Assembly (NCBI RefSeq): GCF_006345805.1
Contig: NC_043005.1
Location: forward strand, 6,014,001 to 6,078,000
Source: Octopus sinensis
Lineage: Eukaryota
DNA length: 64,000 nt
Direction: 5' to 3'
Shown: positions 12,316 to 26,841 of the stretch, in pieces
Numbering within the stretch: position 1 is the first letter of the stretch
Layout: each line of letters starts with the position of its first letter
Made by a program: the position numbers and the translations under genes
Notes under the pieces: generated by a model
Database searches by the model: none
The model's input: only the letters and a program-made list of their open reading frames with translations
What the model was told of the DNA's origin: nothing

Positions 12316-12529
12316 TATTGGTTTGGTGCATAATTATTGCAGCCTTTTTTATTCAACAAAAACAATAACAACATGTAACAAAAACATCTTTAAATGATTA
12401 TTCCGGAGCATATTCACCATCTACTTCAATTACTGCTTCCCATTTGCTTCGCAGACGGTCAGACTGTCATTTAAAGATGTTTTTGTGAAATAGTGTTTTT
12501 GTTTTTGTTGAATAATATTCAACCCAATA
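12316..12529 (-). mobile_element. Mariner-derived MITE
   Basis: TA-bounded imperfect TIRs TATTGG(T/G)TTG. The interior encodes a transposase C-terminus DRLRSKWEAVIEVDGEYAPE* on the minus strand. Confidence 0.65.
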
Positions 12530-12813
12530 TCATCATCATCATCATCATCATCATCATCGTTTAACGTCCGTTCTCCATGCTAGCATGGGTTGGACGGTTC
12601 AACCGGGGATCCGAGAAGCCAGAAGGCTGCCCCAGGCTCCAGTCTTATCTGGCAATGTTTCTACAGCTGGATGCCCTTCCTAACGCCAACCACTCCGTGA
12701 GTGTAGTGGGTGCTTTTTACATGCCACCTGCACAGGTGCCAGGCGAGGCTGGCAACGGCCACGGTCGGATTGGTGTATTTTACGTGCCACCGGCACGGAA
12801 GCCAGTCGAGGCG
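12530..12813 (-). mobile_element. RTE 3'-end copy
   Basis: (CAT)n followed by CGTTTAACGTCCG..., near-identical to the reverse complement of about 7720-7990. Confidence 0.85.
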
Positions 12814-15485
12814 ATATATATATATATATATATACACACATTTATGTATGCTTGTGTGTGTGTGTGTGTGTGTGGTAAGAAGGTGCAGGCGTGGCTGTGT
12901 AGTAAGAAGTTTGCTTCCCAACTATGTGGTTCAGGGTTCAGTCCCACAGTGTGGAACTTTGGGCAAGTCTCTTCTACTATATCCTTTAGCTCACCAAAGC
13001 CTTGTGAGTGGATTTGGTAGATGGAAACTGAAAGAAGACCATCATGTGTGTGAGTGTGTGTGTAGGTTTGTGTCTGTGTTTGTCCCCCACCCTTGCTTGA
13101 CAACCAGTGTTGGTTTGTTTATATCCCCATAACTTAGTACAGTTAGGTAAAAGACACAGATAGAATAAGCACCAGTCTTCAGAAAAAAAAAGTCTGAGGT
13201 TGATTCATTCAACTAGAAATTCTTCAAGGCAGTGCTCCAGCATGGCCACAGTCTAATGCCTGAAACAAGTAAAAGATGTGTGTGTGTCTGTATGTATGCA
13301 TGCACACTTAACAGGCTTCCACATAGTTTCCATCTATCAGATCTACTCTCAAGACATTGTAATCTGTTATAGTAGAAGGCACTTGCCTAAGGTGCTGTGC
13401 CTTAGGCAAGCCTCTTAACTACACAGAAACTTAACTCTTACGAAACCTTTGCTTTCAGGCTATATTAGTTTCAGTGTCCATTTTTTAATTCCTAAGATGT
13501 AAAGGTGTGATTTGAAGGAGGTTTAACAACTATTTCTTGGAAACTAGATGACCACATAGAGGTTCCAGTTACTCTGCAGTTAAGGAATTTTAAAAAAATG
13601 AAAGTAAATTGACCAGAAGTGGCAAACGGTGAAATCCCATTTCATGAAGGGAACATAAAGAGAACTGGTAACTTCCCTCAATTTCATAAACAGTAGTCAC
13701 ATGCAGACTAGAGAAGGGCGATGGGTGCTTGCCATTCAGGTGACACATATGACACTAATGGTGCATTGTTTACCTGATATTTTCATGACCAGATGTGGTA
13801 CCACAGATTTATGGATCAGCAGGGTGGGGGTGGTACTTATTCATGAATCTCATTTCATACATCAGTGATTTATGTTTTCCCTGTCATTGTGATTGTTTTC
13901 ACCTGCCCCTCCCCCCACTCCCCCAGATTCTCATTCTTGAGGTATTGTCTACCTGTCTGCTTCTCTTTCTGCCCATCTTTTATAACCTCTGCTTCTGTTA
14001 CTTAAACCATATTGTCCTCTCCCTGTGTGTCTATTCATCTGTCCTTCTGGTGGTCATTTTAACTGTTTTCCTCTGTCTGTCTGTCTGTCGGTTTAGATCA
14101 GGAATCGGCAGTCATTGCAGTGTTGAATGGAATGATGTGGACTTTTTAGTTCTCATTCTCTGTTCTTTGAGTGAGTTCAAATCTTGCTGAGGTTAAAGTT
14201 TGTCTTCCATCTCTCTGGGGTGATAAATGAAGTACCAATCAAGTACTAGGGTTGATTTCTCTCTCTCCCCCCTTCATGCTCGTTCTATCTATCTATCTTC
14301 ACTCCTTCCTTCCTTCCTCCTACCCACCCACCATGAGAAAGGGGACCTCTCTCGTATTGTCGTTATCTCAAGAAGTGGAAGATTGAACGAGGGGCCAGCA
14401 ATGTCTTCTCACAGAAAAACAGATCATTTTTGGAACCAGATGCTCCAGCTTGAAGAAAAGAAGTCCCTCTCTATTTGTGTTGCTTGTCTTGTCTCTTTAG
14501 GTATCAGTCTGTCCATCAATCCATCAACTGTCGAGGTGTCAGACATGGCCTGTGGGTCAGATACAATCAATGACTATATCTAGTTCAGCTGCTGGTTTAA
14601 TTTTATATAAAAAAAAAATTTGTATTATTATCTTTTAATTTCAAAATATTCTGTGAAATACATATTGCTAGCATTTGTTCAGACTTGCGGCTTGACTATA
14701 GTCGTGATTAAAACTGGTTCAGATTAGTCAAGTTAGTACATCTTAGGTGCACTAATCAGTGCAGTCTTTTGTTACCTCAGTCAAGTAAAAAGACGTTTAT
14801 GAATTCATAAACTAAAAGATGTGACCTATTTCTCCATTACTTTGTCTATACATGTCAAGCCAAACAAGTGAAAGTTTTTTTTTTTTTTTCCACATTTGTG
14901 CATTGATTCATCCTTTTGGATCTTAGCAATATGAATGAGATTGAAATATTTTGCAGCTGAAACAGTAGGAACTTTCTATCAAGCATTGGTCTTCTTAGGA
15001 ACTCTGTATATTCGTTTGGACAATTTCTGTCTCTGTTGGCATTAAGGAAGGACATTTAGCCATAGAAACCATGCCAAAGCTGACACTGAGACCTGACACA
15101 GCTCTGCAGTTTGTTGGACCCTATCAAATGGTTCAACCCATGCCAGCGAGGAAAATGGGTGTTAAGTGGTGATGGTGATGTTCTCACTTTAATTGCTTAA
15201 CAGGACTGTACTGTATATATAAAGAATTTTTTTCCTATGTATCACTGCACACAAATTTTTTAACACCTCATATTCTTTCCCTCTTGTTTTATTGTAAATA
15301 AAATTGTTGAAGGAAGTGAGTGACCAATTTGGTTAGTGTCCAAGGTGGTCCCAACCCATTTTACATCATTGAAACAGTGGTGGCTTTCAATCAAACATTG
15401 GTTTTTCTTCAGAATTGTATGCATTCATTTAGACAATTTCTAAAGGTTCTCACTCTTAGAACTCTTACTTAACAAGATTATATAT

Positions 15486-15516
<31 letters not shown>

Positions 15517-15619
15517 AATACAAAAGGAGCAAAAATACTGGCGGTTCAGTATACACCATGTGGCAAAATTATGAGTTGAAAGTATGTGGAAAAAATATAT
15601 ATATATATATATATATAAA

Positions 15620-15862
15620 GTGAAGGAAAGGGGCTTAGTGGTTAGGGCATTTGGCTCACACTTGTAAGGTCATAAGTTCAATTCCCAGCAACGTGTTGTG
15701 TCCTTGAGCAAGACACTTTATTTCACATTGCCCCAGTCCACTCAGCTGGCAAAAATGAGTAGTACCTGTATTTCAAAAGGGCCAGCCTAGTCACACCCTG
15801 TGTCATGCTGAATCTCCCTGAGAACAATGTTAAGGGTACATGTGTCTGTGGAGTGCTCAGGT
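15620..15862 (+). mobile_element. tRNA-derived SINE, family B (OR1-like by recollection)
   Basis: GCTTAGTGGTTAGGG...GTTCAATTCCC head, then GTGTCCTTGAGCAAGACAC core. Related copies lie at about 46790-47150 (+), about 51425-51790 (+) and about 2840-3145 (-). Confidence 0.7.
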
Positions 15863-17959
15863 TTATCAATAATTTCCTTCTTAAATTCATTGTCAGTTTT
15901 TTCTTCTTCTCAGCACTTTCCTTTGCACTAACCTTCTCAGGACCCATGGCTAACACAACTAATTATTATAAAATGATAGCAAAAACTGCACAAAACTACA
16001 AAAAAAAAAAAAAAAACCACTGGGAAAACACAACAGGGATGCTGCCACAATGAGATGAACATGAGAATTGAGTGAGCGGCGGCTGTGCTTGTTGGGAGAG
16101 TATGTGTGAGCTCAGTGCTGACTAGAGGTTGCTTGTATGAAACTCACTCATACTGTGGATTACCATTCGTACACCAAGACAAAAATTGGCAAGAGCCTCA
16201 GCTCATAGAGCAAATGACTCGTAAAATGGTGCACTCGCACTGCGAGGTTCTACTGCAGTGTTTTTAGGAATAATTGTCCCTATCCAAGCACCAAGATCTA
16301 GTTCATGCTTCAATCTGGAGACCAACAAAGTCAAACAAGTTTGACACCCCTTCGTATACACTCTTATCTTGTATTTGTCTTTGTAAAGTCATACTAATCG
16401 ACTGATCTGTCTTCTATAATCATTTGTCCATATATAGTAAAAATCACCCCCCACCCCCACCCCCATACTAAATACCTTGTGTTTATATTTCTCTGACACT
16501 AATCTTCATGTATGACCTGAATTCGTTTTAATCCTAATCTTGTTTACACACTCTGCCAAACCCCTGTTGACATTGTTTTTGTTTTTGATACACCACAAAG
16601 TAACCCATTCACCGAGAACCCTGAAACATAATGCCAACCTACCATCATTTCCATGACAGTCTCCTCTGTTGCCACTCACCGTGACCATTATTATTACTAA
16701 TGCCAAAGGAATTCCAATTATGACTATCCAGTCTTTATTTCAGATATATTGTATTTGGGATCCTGGCATCCAGAGTATGTTCTTACCGTTTTCTAAGACA
16801 GTTGGGTGTGCTATTATATGAGGTCTAGCAACCCATTTAGGACCATCATGTGTTGAGGTTTCTTAGTGTTGATAATGTGCTTACATGTTTGCAAGCGCTA
16901 TATGACTTAGAATAAATACACCTTTGAACAAACAGAGCTTGGTGCTTGATGCTTGGTGGACAAACCCTGCTCTCTCATTCCAATACATTGTTGGTAGAAA
17001 TAGTTGACCCAAAATTAACCAAAAAAGTCAATTAGCAAAATCAAAAGAAATTCTTCTGTGTAAATGTGGTTTGTATGTTAATATTATTTTAAACTGCTAA
17101 ATACTCTAATGACTGATGTCTAAATGAAATTATGTGGTTAGGTTGCGTTCTGTGTGGGAAAGTAATCTCTCAACTATATAACCAATGTTTAACAATGTTT
17201 AATCATTAAAATCTGAAAGAATTGCTTTGTTAGGTACTCGGGAGTGTGTGAAAGTATTTTCTCTAATATGTCATCCTCGTCATCATCATCATCATCATCA
17301 TCACTGTTTTAGCATTGACTTTTCCATGCTTGCATGAGTCACATGGCAGATTTTCTGTGACCAAATGTCCTGTGACCTGTGTCTCAGCAAAATAATGACA
17401 TTTCCCCATGGTTGCACGTGTTTCTACAGAAAATTGGAAAAAAATGAATCTACCTCTGTGATGGTGATGCTTATTTACAAAACTGTTTCGCAGTGTCAAG
17501 ACAAGGAGACACAAACTAGCACCCACTCACACACGCATACAATGTACATACATGTACACATGACAGGCTTCTTTCAGTTTCCACCTACAACATACACTCA
17601 CAAGGCTTTGGTTGTCATGGGGCTATAGTAGAAAATGCCCAGGGTGCTACACAATGGGATTGAACTCATAACCACATGGTTGGGAAGCAGACTTCTTAAC
17701 AACACAGCCACACCTGTATCTATTTCTGCAATATATCTGATCACTAGTATTTAAATATATTTTACTTTACTAACTGTTATAGCTACCAATATCTGAAAGC
17801 TGTTCTGTTGCTAAATACCTTGGTGTGTTAATATACTTCATTTGCTCTCAGAGTCACCAATATTTATACGAAATGGTGTTATGTATCTACAGATAAACAT
17901 ATTTCCAATTCTTAGTCTTACCTCTTCTCATCCTCATTGATGAGGTTTGGGGGGTTGGA

Positions 17960-18240
17960 TGCATCATCTCTTTCCATCAATTCCTGGCCCTGGTCATGGT
18001 TGTGCATTCAGCCAAAGGTTTTCCAGTCCATTTTTTGATGCCATCCAGCCATCCTTTCCTCAGTTTTTCCCATTCTTTGTTTCCTGTTGACTCTTCTCTC
18101 TACGATGTGAGTTCTAAGGTTCTGCTGGCCCTGATGACATCTTCAAAACACAGCAGCTTTCTCTTTCTGTTCTCATTTCATCAAAGAACTGACTCATTGC
18201 TTTAATGGTCAGTCCAGATGATCTTCAGTATTCTTCTAAT
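17960..18240 (-). pseudogene. Old RTE-type LINE RT C-terminal remnant
   Basis: The minus frame, with stops and shifts, gives ...RKLLCFEDVIRA...RKGWLDGIKKWTGKPLAECTTMTR, matching the RKLxxFGHxxR...RWLDxIKxWTG motif region. Confidence 0.55.
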
Positions 18241-18847
18241 GTATTTAATTTTGTGTGTGTGTTTGTGATTTTGTATACCTTCATATCACTCTCAATGTAT
18301 GACATGTTGAATACACTAAAATCCATGTCCCTGACAACAAATTAACTTTTAAAAAAACAAACAAACAAACATAAAAAAAAGAAATGGAGCAGTCTTATAT
18401 TTTGCTTTGTAATGATTGATGGAAAATGTTGGTCTTTCTGTAACGAAAGTAGTTTGTGTAATGACTGAGATAGCAGTGTGTATTCACATAAGAAACCAGT
18501 GGAGCAAACAGACACTGGATAAAAACAGTGTCACTCAGTTTGTTTGTGTTGTAGTTGAATATGATTAGTGGTGGGAGTAGGAGGAGGAGGAGGAGGAGGA
18601 AGGACAAAGAAGAAGTCTTCCTTCATTTGGCAAAAGGCCAGAAATTTGTTTGTTTGAGATAAACAACAAATTTACGTATTATAATGTTTCTGTTAATTCA
18701 GTTTCTGAGAGTCGTCATTTTCTTAGAATGATGACAATGATTATGATAATGATGGTGATGATGACAACGATGGCAATTATACCACCACCACCACCACTGC
18801 TACTGGTGATGATGGTGTTGATGATAGTGGTGGTGGTGGTGGTAGTG

Positions 18848-18879
<32 letters not shown>

Positions 18880-20516
18880 GGTGGCAGTGGTATAATGATG
18901 TTAATGGCCTACATTTAGTCTGGTTGCAACTCCAGGGGTTCTTTTTGCTCCCAAAGTATTTTAGTTTCCATTGTATTATAATAATCAATGAAGGGTTTGT
19001 GTGTGTGGAAGTTGTTGGGATGATGTGTTTGCTAATTTGGTTTTGATTAGTTTTACTGTGTGGCAAAGATGCTGCTGTTTAGTCTGAGATCAGTCTGATC
19101 CAGCAGAGGTCTTTGATCAGAGACATTCTAGCCATGACCATCACTTATTTTCAGAGTGGATTTGATTGATGGAAACTGAAAGAATCCCATTGTATATATG
19201 TATGAGTATATACGTGTATGTGTGTGTGTGTGCATGTGTGTGTGTGCGTGTGTGTGTGTGTGTTATGTTAGGTCACCCTTAGTACTACTCAAAGGATCAA
19301 AGATCCTAGGTCCTTCCTAAACCATCAGCTCATAAGGCTGGTTTTCTGGATTCTGTGGCATATATGTTCCCCACTGGATGAGATGCTGGTCAGTTGCAGA
19401 ATTACTCATTTTTGCCAGCTGAGTGGACTGGACGAATGCGAAATGAAGTGTTTTGCTCAAGAATGCCACGCATCACCTAGTCCGGGAATTGAAACCACAA
19501 TCAATATGATCATGAGTACAGCACCCTAACCGCAAAACCATGCACGCCCGCTACTTAGTACCATGTAAAACAGTGCTACAACCTGTTTCACCTAAACTGG
19601 CAACCTTAGCAACCGTCTTGGTAAGGAGGATGGTTTCCATTGGATACCCTGCAGGATGAAAGACAAAACCTGTCAAAGGACATTTGAACATTGAATAGGG
19701 CTGAAAGACATGCTTCTGAAATAAATACCTGCCTCATTGCAAAGCCAGAGATGTTGCTCTTGTTTGTTTCTGGACTCTTGGCCCTTTTTCTTAGGTGGGA
19801 GTCTGAATGGTATTGTGCAAACTGTTATTGGCTTTAAATTTCAGCACAGACATTGATAATGGCTGTTGTCTAGGATAACGTCCAACATCTAGGAATAAGA
19901 TAATTTGTTAGTGTTGGTCATATTTGTCTTCACGAGTTCACAGTCACCATATTTGTGTGTGTATGTGTGTCTGCGCATGTTTCACCTTCTTTTGATATCA
20001 TGTGATACTCCTAAATGATAACACAAACATCTTCTTCATACAAGTGATGTTGTTTGCCTCCAATCTTCTGGGAATGACGTGCCTAGCCTAGAGAACTATT
20101 ACCTTGCTTGGAAACAGTTGAGGGTTGATTGCAGAAAGGGCATCCAACTGTAGACAATCTGCCTCAATAAACTCCATCTGACCAATGCAAGCTTGGTAAA
20201 AAGAAAATTAAAATGATGGTATAGGACTATTTCTGTAGAAAACATGGTCAGAGAAAGAATTCAAGATGTCTTCAGCTGAGAAAGGAATGATTTGATTGGG
20301 CAAAGTGTTTGGTGTAGATCCAGGGGATAGGGGTTGAATGACTTAAAGGGAAGAGACATGGACACAGAGGATGGAGTAAGGTGTATAGAAAAGGAACAAA
20401 GCCCTTCATTTATTGAGATGAAGAAGCAGTGGTAAAATTGGATGGCATGGACATTTTCTGTAATTATATATTAAGGAAATGACTTTGCATAGGAATTGAA
20501 ACTTGGCTGTAGATGA

Positions 20517-20555
<39 letters not shown>

Positions 20556-20559
20556 GACA

Positions 20560-21050
20560 GCACTGCATGACTGGCATCTGTGCTAGTGGAGCACTAAGAG
20601 CACCATGTGAGTGTGATCGTTGCCAGAGCAGCTAACTGGCTTCCGTGTCGGTGGCACATAAAAAACCACTATTTTAGTGTGATCATTACTAGCATCACCT
20701 TACTGGCACTTGTGCTGGTGGCACGTGAAAAAATATTCAAGTGAGGTTGTTGCTAGTGCCGCTGGACTGGCTCCTGTGCAGATGGCACGTAAAAAACACC
20801 ATTTGAGCATGGCTGTTGCCAGTACCGCCTGACTGGCCCTCGTGCCGGTGGCACATAAAAGCACCCACTATACTCTCGGAGTGGTTGGCGTTAGAAAGGG
20901 CATCCAGCTGTAGAAACACTGCCAGATCAAGATTGGAGCCTGGTGCAGCCATATGGTTTGCCAGTCCTCAGTCAAATCATGTCAACTCATGCCAGCATGG
21001 AAAGCGGACGTTAAACGATGATGATGATGATGATGATGAGGATGATGATG
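20560..21050 (+). mobile_element. RTE 3'-end copy with four GTGCCGGTGGCAC-type modules
   Basis: Repeated gtg(c/t)(c/t)ggtggcac-RTAAAA modules, family 3' end, and a (GAT)n tail. Confidence 0.8.
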
Positions 21051-21096
21051 ATTATCATTATCATTATCACCATCATTATTATCATCATCATCATCA

Positions 21097-21149
<53 letters not shown>

Positions 21150-21549
21150 GTCATTATTATTTTGTAGTGTGAGCTTATTGATATAAGTAACCTCTTAGTA
21201 ACCTCACTCAGACAGATAAAACAAATTTAAAAAAGAAATATTCACCATCATTATCACCACCACCACCACCACCACCACCACCACCACCACCACCTGCATA
21301 ATTACTGGCCATATAGTGGCACTGTCATTATCCTCATCGTTATCATCATCATCATGAGCATTATCTTCAACATTCTTCTAACAAAATGACAGTCAAAAAC
21401 AAACGTTGAATTAATACAAAATGCTATAAGACTTCTTCTATTCAATGCTTGTAGATTACCCCTACAAATTCGGAGCCTTAATGCCAAGGAAAGAAATAAA
21501 CCTTCTTCTTCTTCTCATCATCACCATCATCCTGTTGCTGCTGCTGCTG

Positions 21550-21603
<54 letters not shown>

Positions 21604-22942
21604 GTTGGCATCATTCACTCCACCCCAACCATTGCCACCACTATAATTTTTATGTTATTGAAGTGTGTGTGTGTGAATGTGTGTGTATGTTTTGGGATCT
21701 GTATTGAAATCTTGTCTTTTTCTTTTTCCCCTTTGTCATGCTAATTGGTCTTGTGTTCCCCTTTTTAATGTGTCTTGTTTACTCTGTGTTTGGCTTGTCT
21801 CTGGCCATTAGTCCGAACATTGGAAATACATTAGTAATAGGAAGAAATTAAAAGTAAAATAAAGCCAAAACCACAACAACAATATTATTTCATTAACCAG
21901 TTCAATGTATTATTATTATTATTATTATTGTTGTTGTTGTTGTTGTTGTTGTTATTACTTACAGAGGAATTCATCAGTGTTTTTATGTTGTTTGGTTTTT
22001 TTCAAACTTTTTTGCTGTTTGTTTCTATTTCATCAATGGATATTGTGGTAATGGATGCTTTTGGTAGAACATCCAACTCTGCTGATAATGACATCTTGTA
22101 GTTTGGTCCCTGGAACTACAACTACTATTACTACTACTGCCATTAGGTTTCCTCCTCCTCCTCTTACTCCACTTCTTCCTCTTCTTCTTTCTCTTCCTAC
22201 TTCACCTTGTTTTTTCTACTTATTTTCTTCCTCCTCTTCTTCTTCCTCTTCTGCCTCCCTTCTTTTCCCTCTCCTCCTCATGGTCCCCTCTTTCTTTCCC
22301 TCCTCCTCATCCTGGGCGTGTTGTTATTTAGCCCCGTGTCAGCTCAAGTCAAGAAGATCTGTCATCAAAGACTTTCCATCAGTGATTCCCCCTCCTTAGT
22401 ACTTGCCTGGCTACTTTATATATCAACCCCAAAATAATAAAAATGCAAAGTTGATCCGAGGATCAAAAACTGCAAGGCATTTTCCCCAATATTCTACCAA
22501 TTATGCTTGTTCTCCATCTTATTAGCCTCAAGGACACAAGAAAGATAAAATACAATGTGCATTGTACTGGAGACCTACAGACAAGTGTGGGCTGCAACAG
22601 ATGAATTGGATAAAGACGAACCAATGGTGGAGAAGAACCAACTATTAGAACCATGTCACATTGCATTTTCAGTCTGCTAAGGACATAAATTCTTATCTCT
22701 TCTGAAAGCTTTAGTGCTTGAATCATTGTTGCAGAGTTTAGCAAGAGACTTGTTCTGTTCTGGATTCTTCCCATCAAGGATATCGTGAGGCAGCAAGTAG
22801 GATTTACACAGCAGTTCTGCAAATCACAGAAATACCTTTACCATACTCTCACAGACAGTATTCAACTATCCTATGTATACACTACACTGAAAGACACCAA
22901 AGAGGTGACTGAATAACTTTGGAATTATTCAAGAACTAATGA

Positions 22943-23111
<169 letters not shown>

Positions 23112-24450
23112 TGTGTGCGTGCGTGCGTGCGTGCGCATGTTTTGGTGTTTTTGATTAATGACATAATTTGAGTAGCCATGTCACTCCTCTAAAGCAAAAA
23201 ACTTGTTCTGTTTTGGCCCCTTCTTTCATACCCCTCATCCCCTTGCATAAAGCCACCTTCCTCTCTACTGCAACCACCCTATATCAAAGGGATCATAGTC
23301 TTGTTAGTTACATGGTAACATCACCAGTTCTGGTTCCACAAGTAAAAGAGCACATAGTACACCCTGCAAAGTGGTTGGCATTAGGAAGGACGTCCAGCCA
23401 TAGAAACCATGCTAAAGCAGGCATGGGTGCACCAAGCATTCCTTGGACCCATTGAATCCTATCAAATTGTTCTGCCAGCATGGAGCATTGACATTAGATG
23501 ACGATGATGAGGAGGATGATATCCTGCTGGAACTGAGTCACAGGTGAGCCCTGTGTAACATGTGTGAGTGTGATGCCACCATCTTGGTGTTGTACATGTT
23601 GGAAATTGAGGAAAATGGTCAGCACCATTCTGGGGAAGTCCCAGAAAGTAATGAAACTATACCATTAACTAGGACAAGTTGATGGGACTGGTGGAATTGC
23701 CACTCAACCCCTAGAGTGTTGGGAAATTACCCTCCGATATTTTTCTGATTTTTTTACATTCTGAATTCAACTTATGTTTACTTTTCATCGTTTCAGGTTC
23801 AATAAAATAAAGGACCAGTCAAGTACTGGGGCCATTGGTACCTTCTAACCTCTCCTCTAAAAATTGCTGGCCTTGTGTCTAAATTAGAAAGACTTATTAT
23901 TGTTACTTGTATGAGTCAGGACGGCCAACTTAAACGATTTGGTCAAGTTGCTCAATTTTCTGAGTTGGACCCTGTGTATTGTGTCCTCTTCTCTGAGGAC
24001 CTGATTGGAATGGCAGCTTGTGTTGGTCAGCCATATGGTCACAATAGATGAGGAAGTATTTCATAGAGATGGGAGCTGATTGGGGCATTCCTTAGTGGGC
24101 TACCTGGATGACCCAAGCTGATACTGACAAATGGTGGATGCAACAAAGTGCTGCAACAGTGCAAGGCCCCATATCTGACCTCGTTATCATTATGGTAAGG
24201 CTTGTGTATGGCAGAGTTGGTAGAGTGCTGGAGAAAATATCTTGCAATATTTAGTTACACCCCTTCGCATTCTGATTTCTAATCTTAGAGTTTGGATTTT
24301 CATTCTCCCGGGGCTTCAGTTAGAATAAGTACTGCACACATACTTGAATGAGTATACATTTGAAAATGTCTGGCCTTGTGCCAAGTCTAAGAAATATTCT
24401 TAAAGAAATTGAATTAATTTGTATTTTTGTTGTTGTTTGCAGGAAGTGTC

Positions 24451-24621
24451 ATGGCTGGATTTGTTAAAAAGTGCCCCTGCCTCCGACCTCCGACTGAGGA
24501 GATCTATGTATTGGATTACAGACACAGCAACTTATCAGACTTGCCCAATGAAGTGTTCAACCTCGAACGCACTCTACAAGAACTCTACGCCGACAACAAC
24601 CAGATCCGGGAGTTAACACGC
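24451..24621 (+). CDS. LAP gene coding exon 1 (exon starts at 24443, 8 nt of 5' UTR)
   Basis: Acceptor ttgtttgcAG at 24441-24442, ATG at 24451, 57 codons MAGFVKK...IRELTR, donor GTaagt at 24622. Confidence 0.93.
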
Positions 24622-25373
24622 GTAAGTGAAACTGCTAAAATCTTCATGCTTTATACTTGTATGCACACATATGCATGCATGCATGCACATATGCACAAAT
24701 ACATGCATGCACATACACACAGGCACATGCATATACACATACATACCTGCATTTCTAATCACATATATTCACATATATACACATGTTTACATGCACACTC
24801 ATGTGTGTATGTCCATGAACAAGCACAACGAGCACCTGTGCAAACATACATGGCTGCACATGCATGCATGAACACACCTGTTCATGTATGAACACACATT
24901 CATGTATGTTTGCATGCATGAATACTTTCATCTGTTTGTTATTTTTACATTTGTTTTTCCATGATGGAGATTTATCAAAACCGTATTTTTTAATGGCCAG
25001 ATGCCCTTCCTGTGGTCAATCCAAGTTGCTGTAATTGATGAGACAGTCTTGGTTGTACTACTTGTAGGATTGTTGTCCTTATTTAACCCCAGAGAATTGT
25101 CCCAACAGCACAGATCTTTGACCAAAGTCATTCTGTGTGTGTATGCAGGTGTGTCATAACTATCATCATTTTATGTCAAATGATTTATGCTTGCTTAGAG
25201 CAGGTTTTCTCTGGCCAGATGCCCTTCATATTGCCAGCCCTCACCTATTTCCATGCAAGGTAATGTTTTCCCATGACCTGACATGTTTTTACATAACAGT
25301 GGAAATGAAGGCCACTACTTGACTGATTGTGACACTCATTTCCAAGTACAATAAGGAAACACACACACACACA

Positions 25374-25424
<51 letters not shown>

Positions 25425-25572
25425 CTCTCCTTGTTTTTTTTTTTGTGTCCCTTTCTGTAGAAGAGCGTAGGCTCGAAACGTAAAAGACTTTTTCTATTCC
25501 TGAGCATTATACTAATACATCTGTTTGTTTTGTACACCACCTGTCTTCATCTTTTGTTTTTTCGTAAACTCT

Positions 25573-25633
<61 letters not shown>

Positions 25634-25746
25634 TATATATGACAGGCTTCTATCAGTTTCCTCCATCTACCACATCCACTTGCAAGGTTTAGTCAGACTG
25701 AGCCTAAGGTAGAAAACACTCAGCCAACGTGCTACATAGTTGGACT

Positions 25747-25811
<65 letters not shown>

Positions 25812-26632
25812 ATGTATGTTGTTGTTGTTGTTGTCAGTGTCAGCCTTTGACTTATCTATATGCAAAAGGGATTTTCAACCTAGTATTTACAAGCTATTAT
25901 TTATAGCTTTCTTTGTGAGCTTCAACATATTCCAAAAAAGAACTTATATATAATATATGAACACACACACACACACACACACACACTCCACCGATTTCAG
26001 AGGCATCCTCTCCCCACTACCACCACCACCACCACCACCACCACCACCACTACCACCCTCTCCACTACCACCACCCTCTCCACCACCACCACCACCTCCA
26101 CCACCGTCCCCTTCAACTAGTTAATCATTTCATTTCTTGACAAGGACTACCAATACATTGAGGTCGCTTCAGAGGGTGTCTTGGAGATGTGAGGTTGAGA
26201 AAGGGGTGAAAGCAATACTAAATACCACCCCACCCCACTCCCCAACTGTCCCCTCTTCCTTTTCATGTGTTGGGTATTTATGTGTTTGGACGTTTTTTTT
26301 GTTTTTTTGATTTTTGTTTGCTGGTATCTATGTATTTATTTATTTGTGTGTGTGTGTGTGTGTGTGTTGCTGTCAGTATCTGTATGTGTGAAGGTGTGTT
26401 TTGTTGGAGTGATAGTGAGAGGCGTACTGTTTGTGTTAGGTGTTTGCATGTATATATATATATGTATGCTGGTTTGTTGCCAGTAGCTGTCTACTGTAGG
26501 GGGTGTGGTGAGAGGATAGTACTATTATTTGTGTGTGTGTGTGTGTGTGTGTGTGGATGGTGTACCCCCTTCCTTCCTGAAGGTGAGTGATTAATTGAAT
26601 GTAGAAAATTCTCTGAAGTGTAACCACACCTG

Positions 26633-26671
<39 letters not shown>

Positions 26672-26801
26672 AGCCAGACACACACACACACACACACACA
26701 CACGCACGTACTCGTTCACCCCCTCCCTCCTCTTGCATAGTTACACACACACACATGCATATCCACACTCATACACACACACTTTCTCACACCCATACTT
26801 T

Positions 26802-26841
<40 letters not shown>

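Noticed and set aside
15620-15700. tRNA-like A/B boxes here and in other SINE heads
   Set aside because: They continue into SINE core and tail sequence and do not close a full cloverleaf, so they are not called as tRNA genes.
22463-22822. 119-aa minus-strand ORF and nearby complex sequence (also about 23940-24200)
   Set aside because: Possibly old LINE remnants, but no diagnostic motif could be identified in any frame.
24622-24891. In-frame read-through of exon 1 ORF into a His-rich tail (154-aa ORF)
   Set aside because: It lies past a strong GTAAGT donor and is CA/TG microsatellite-derived intron sequence.
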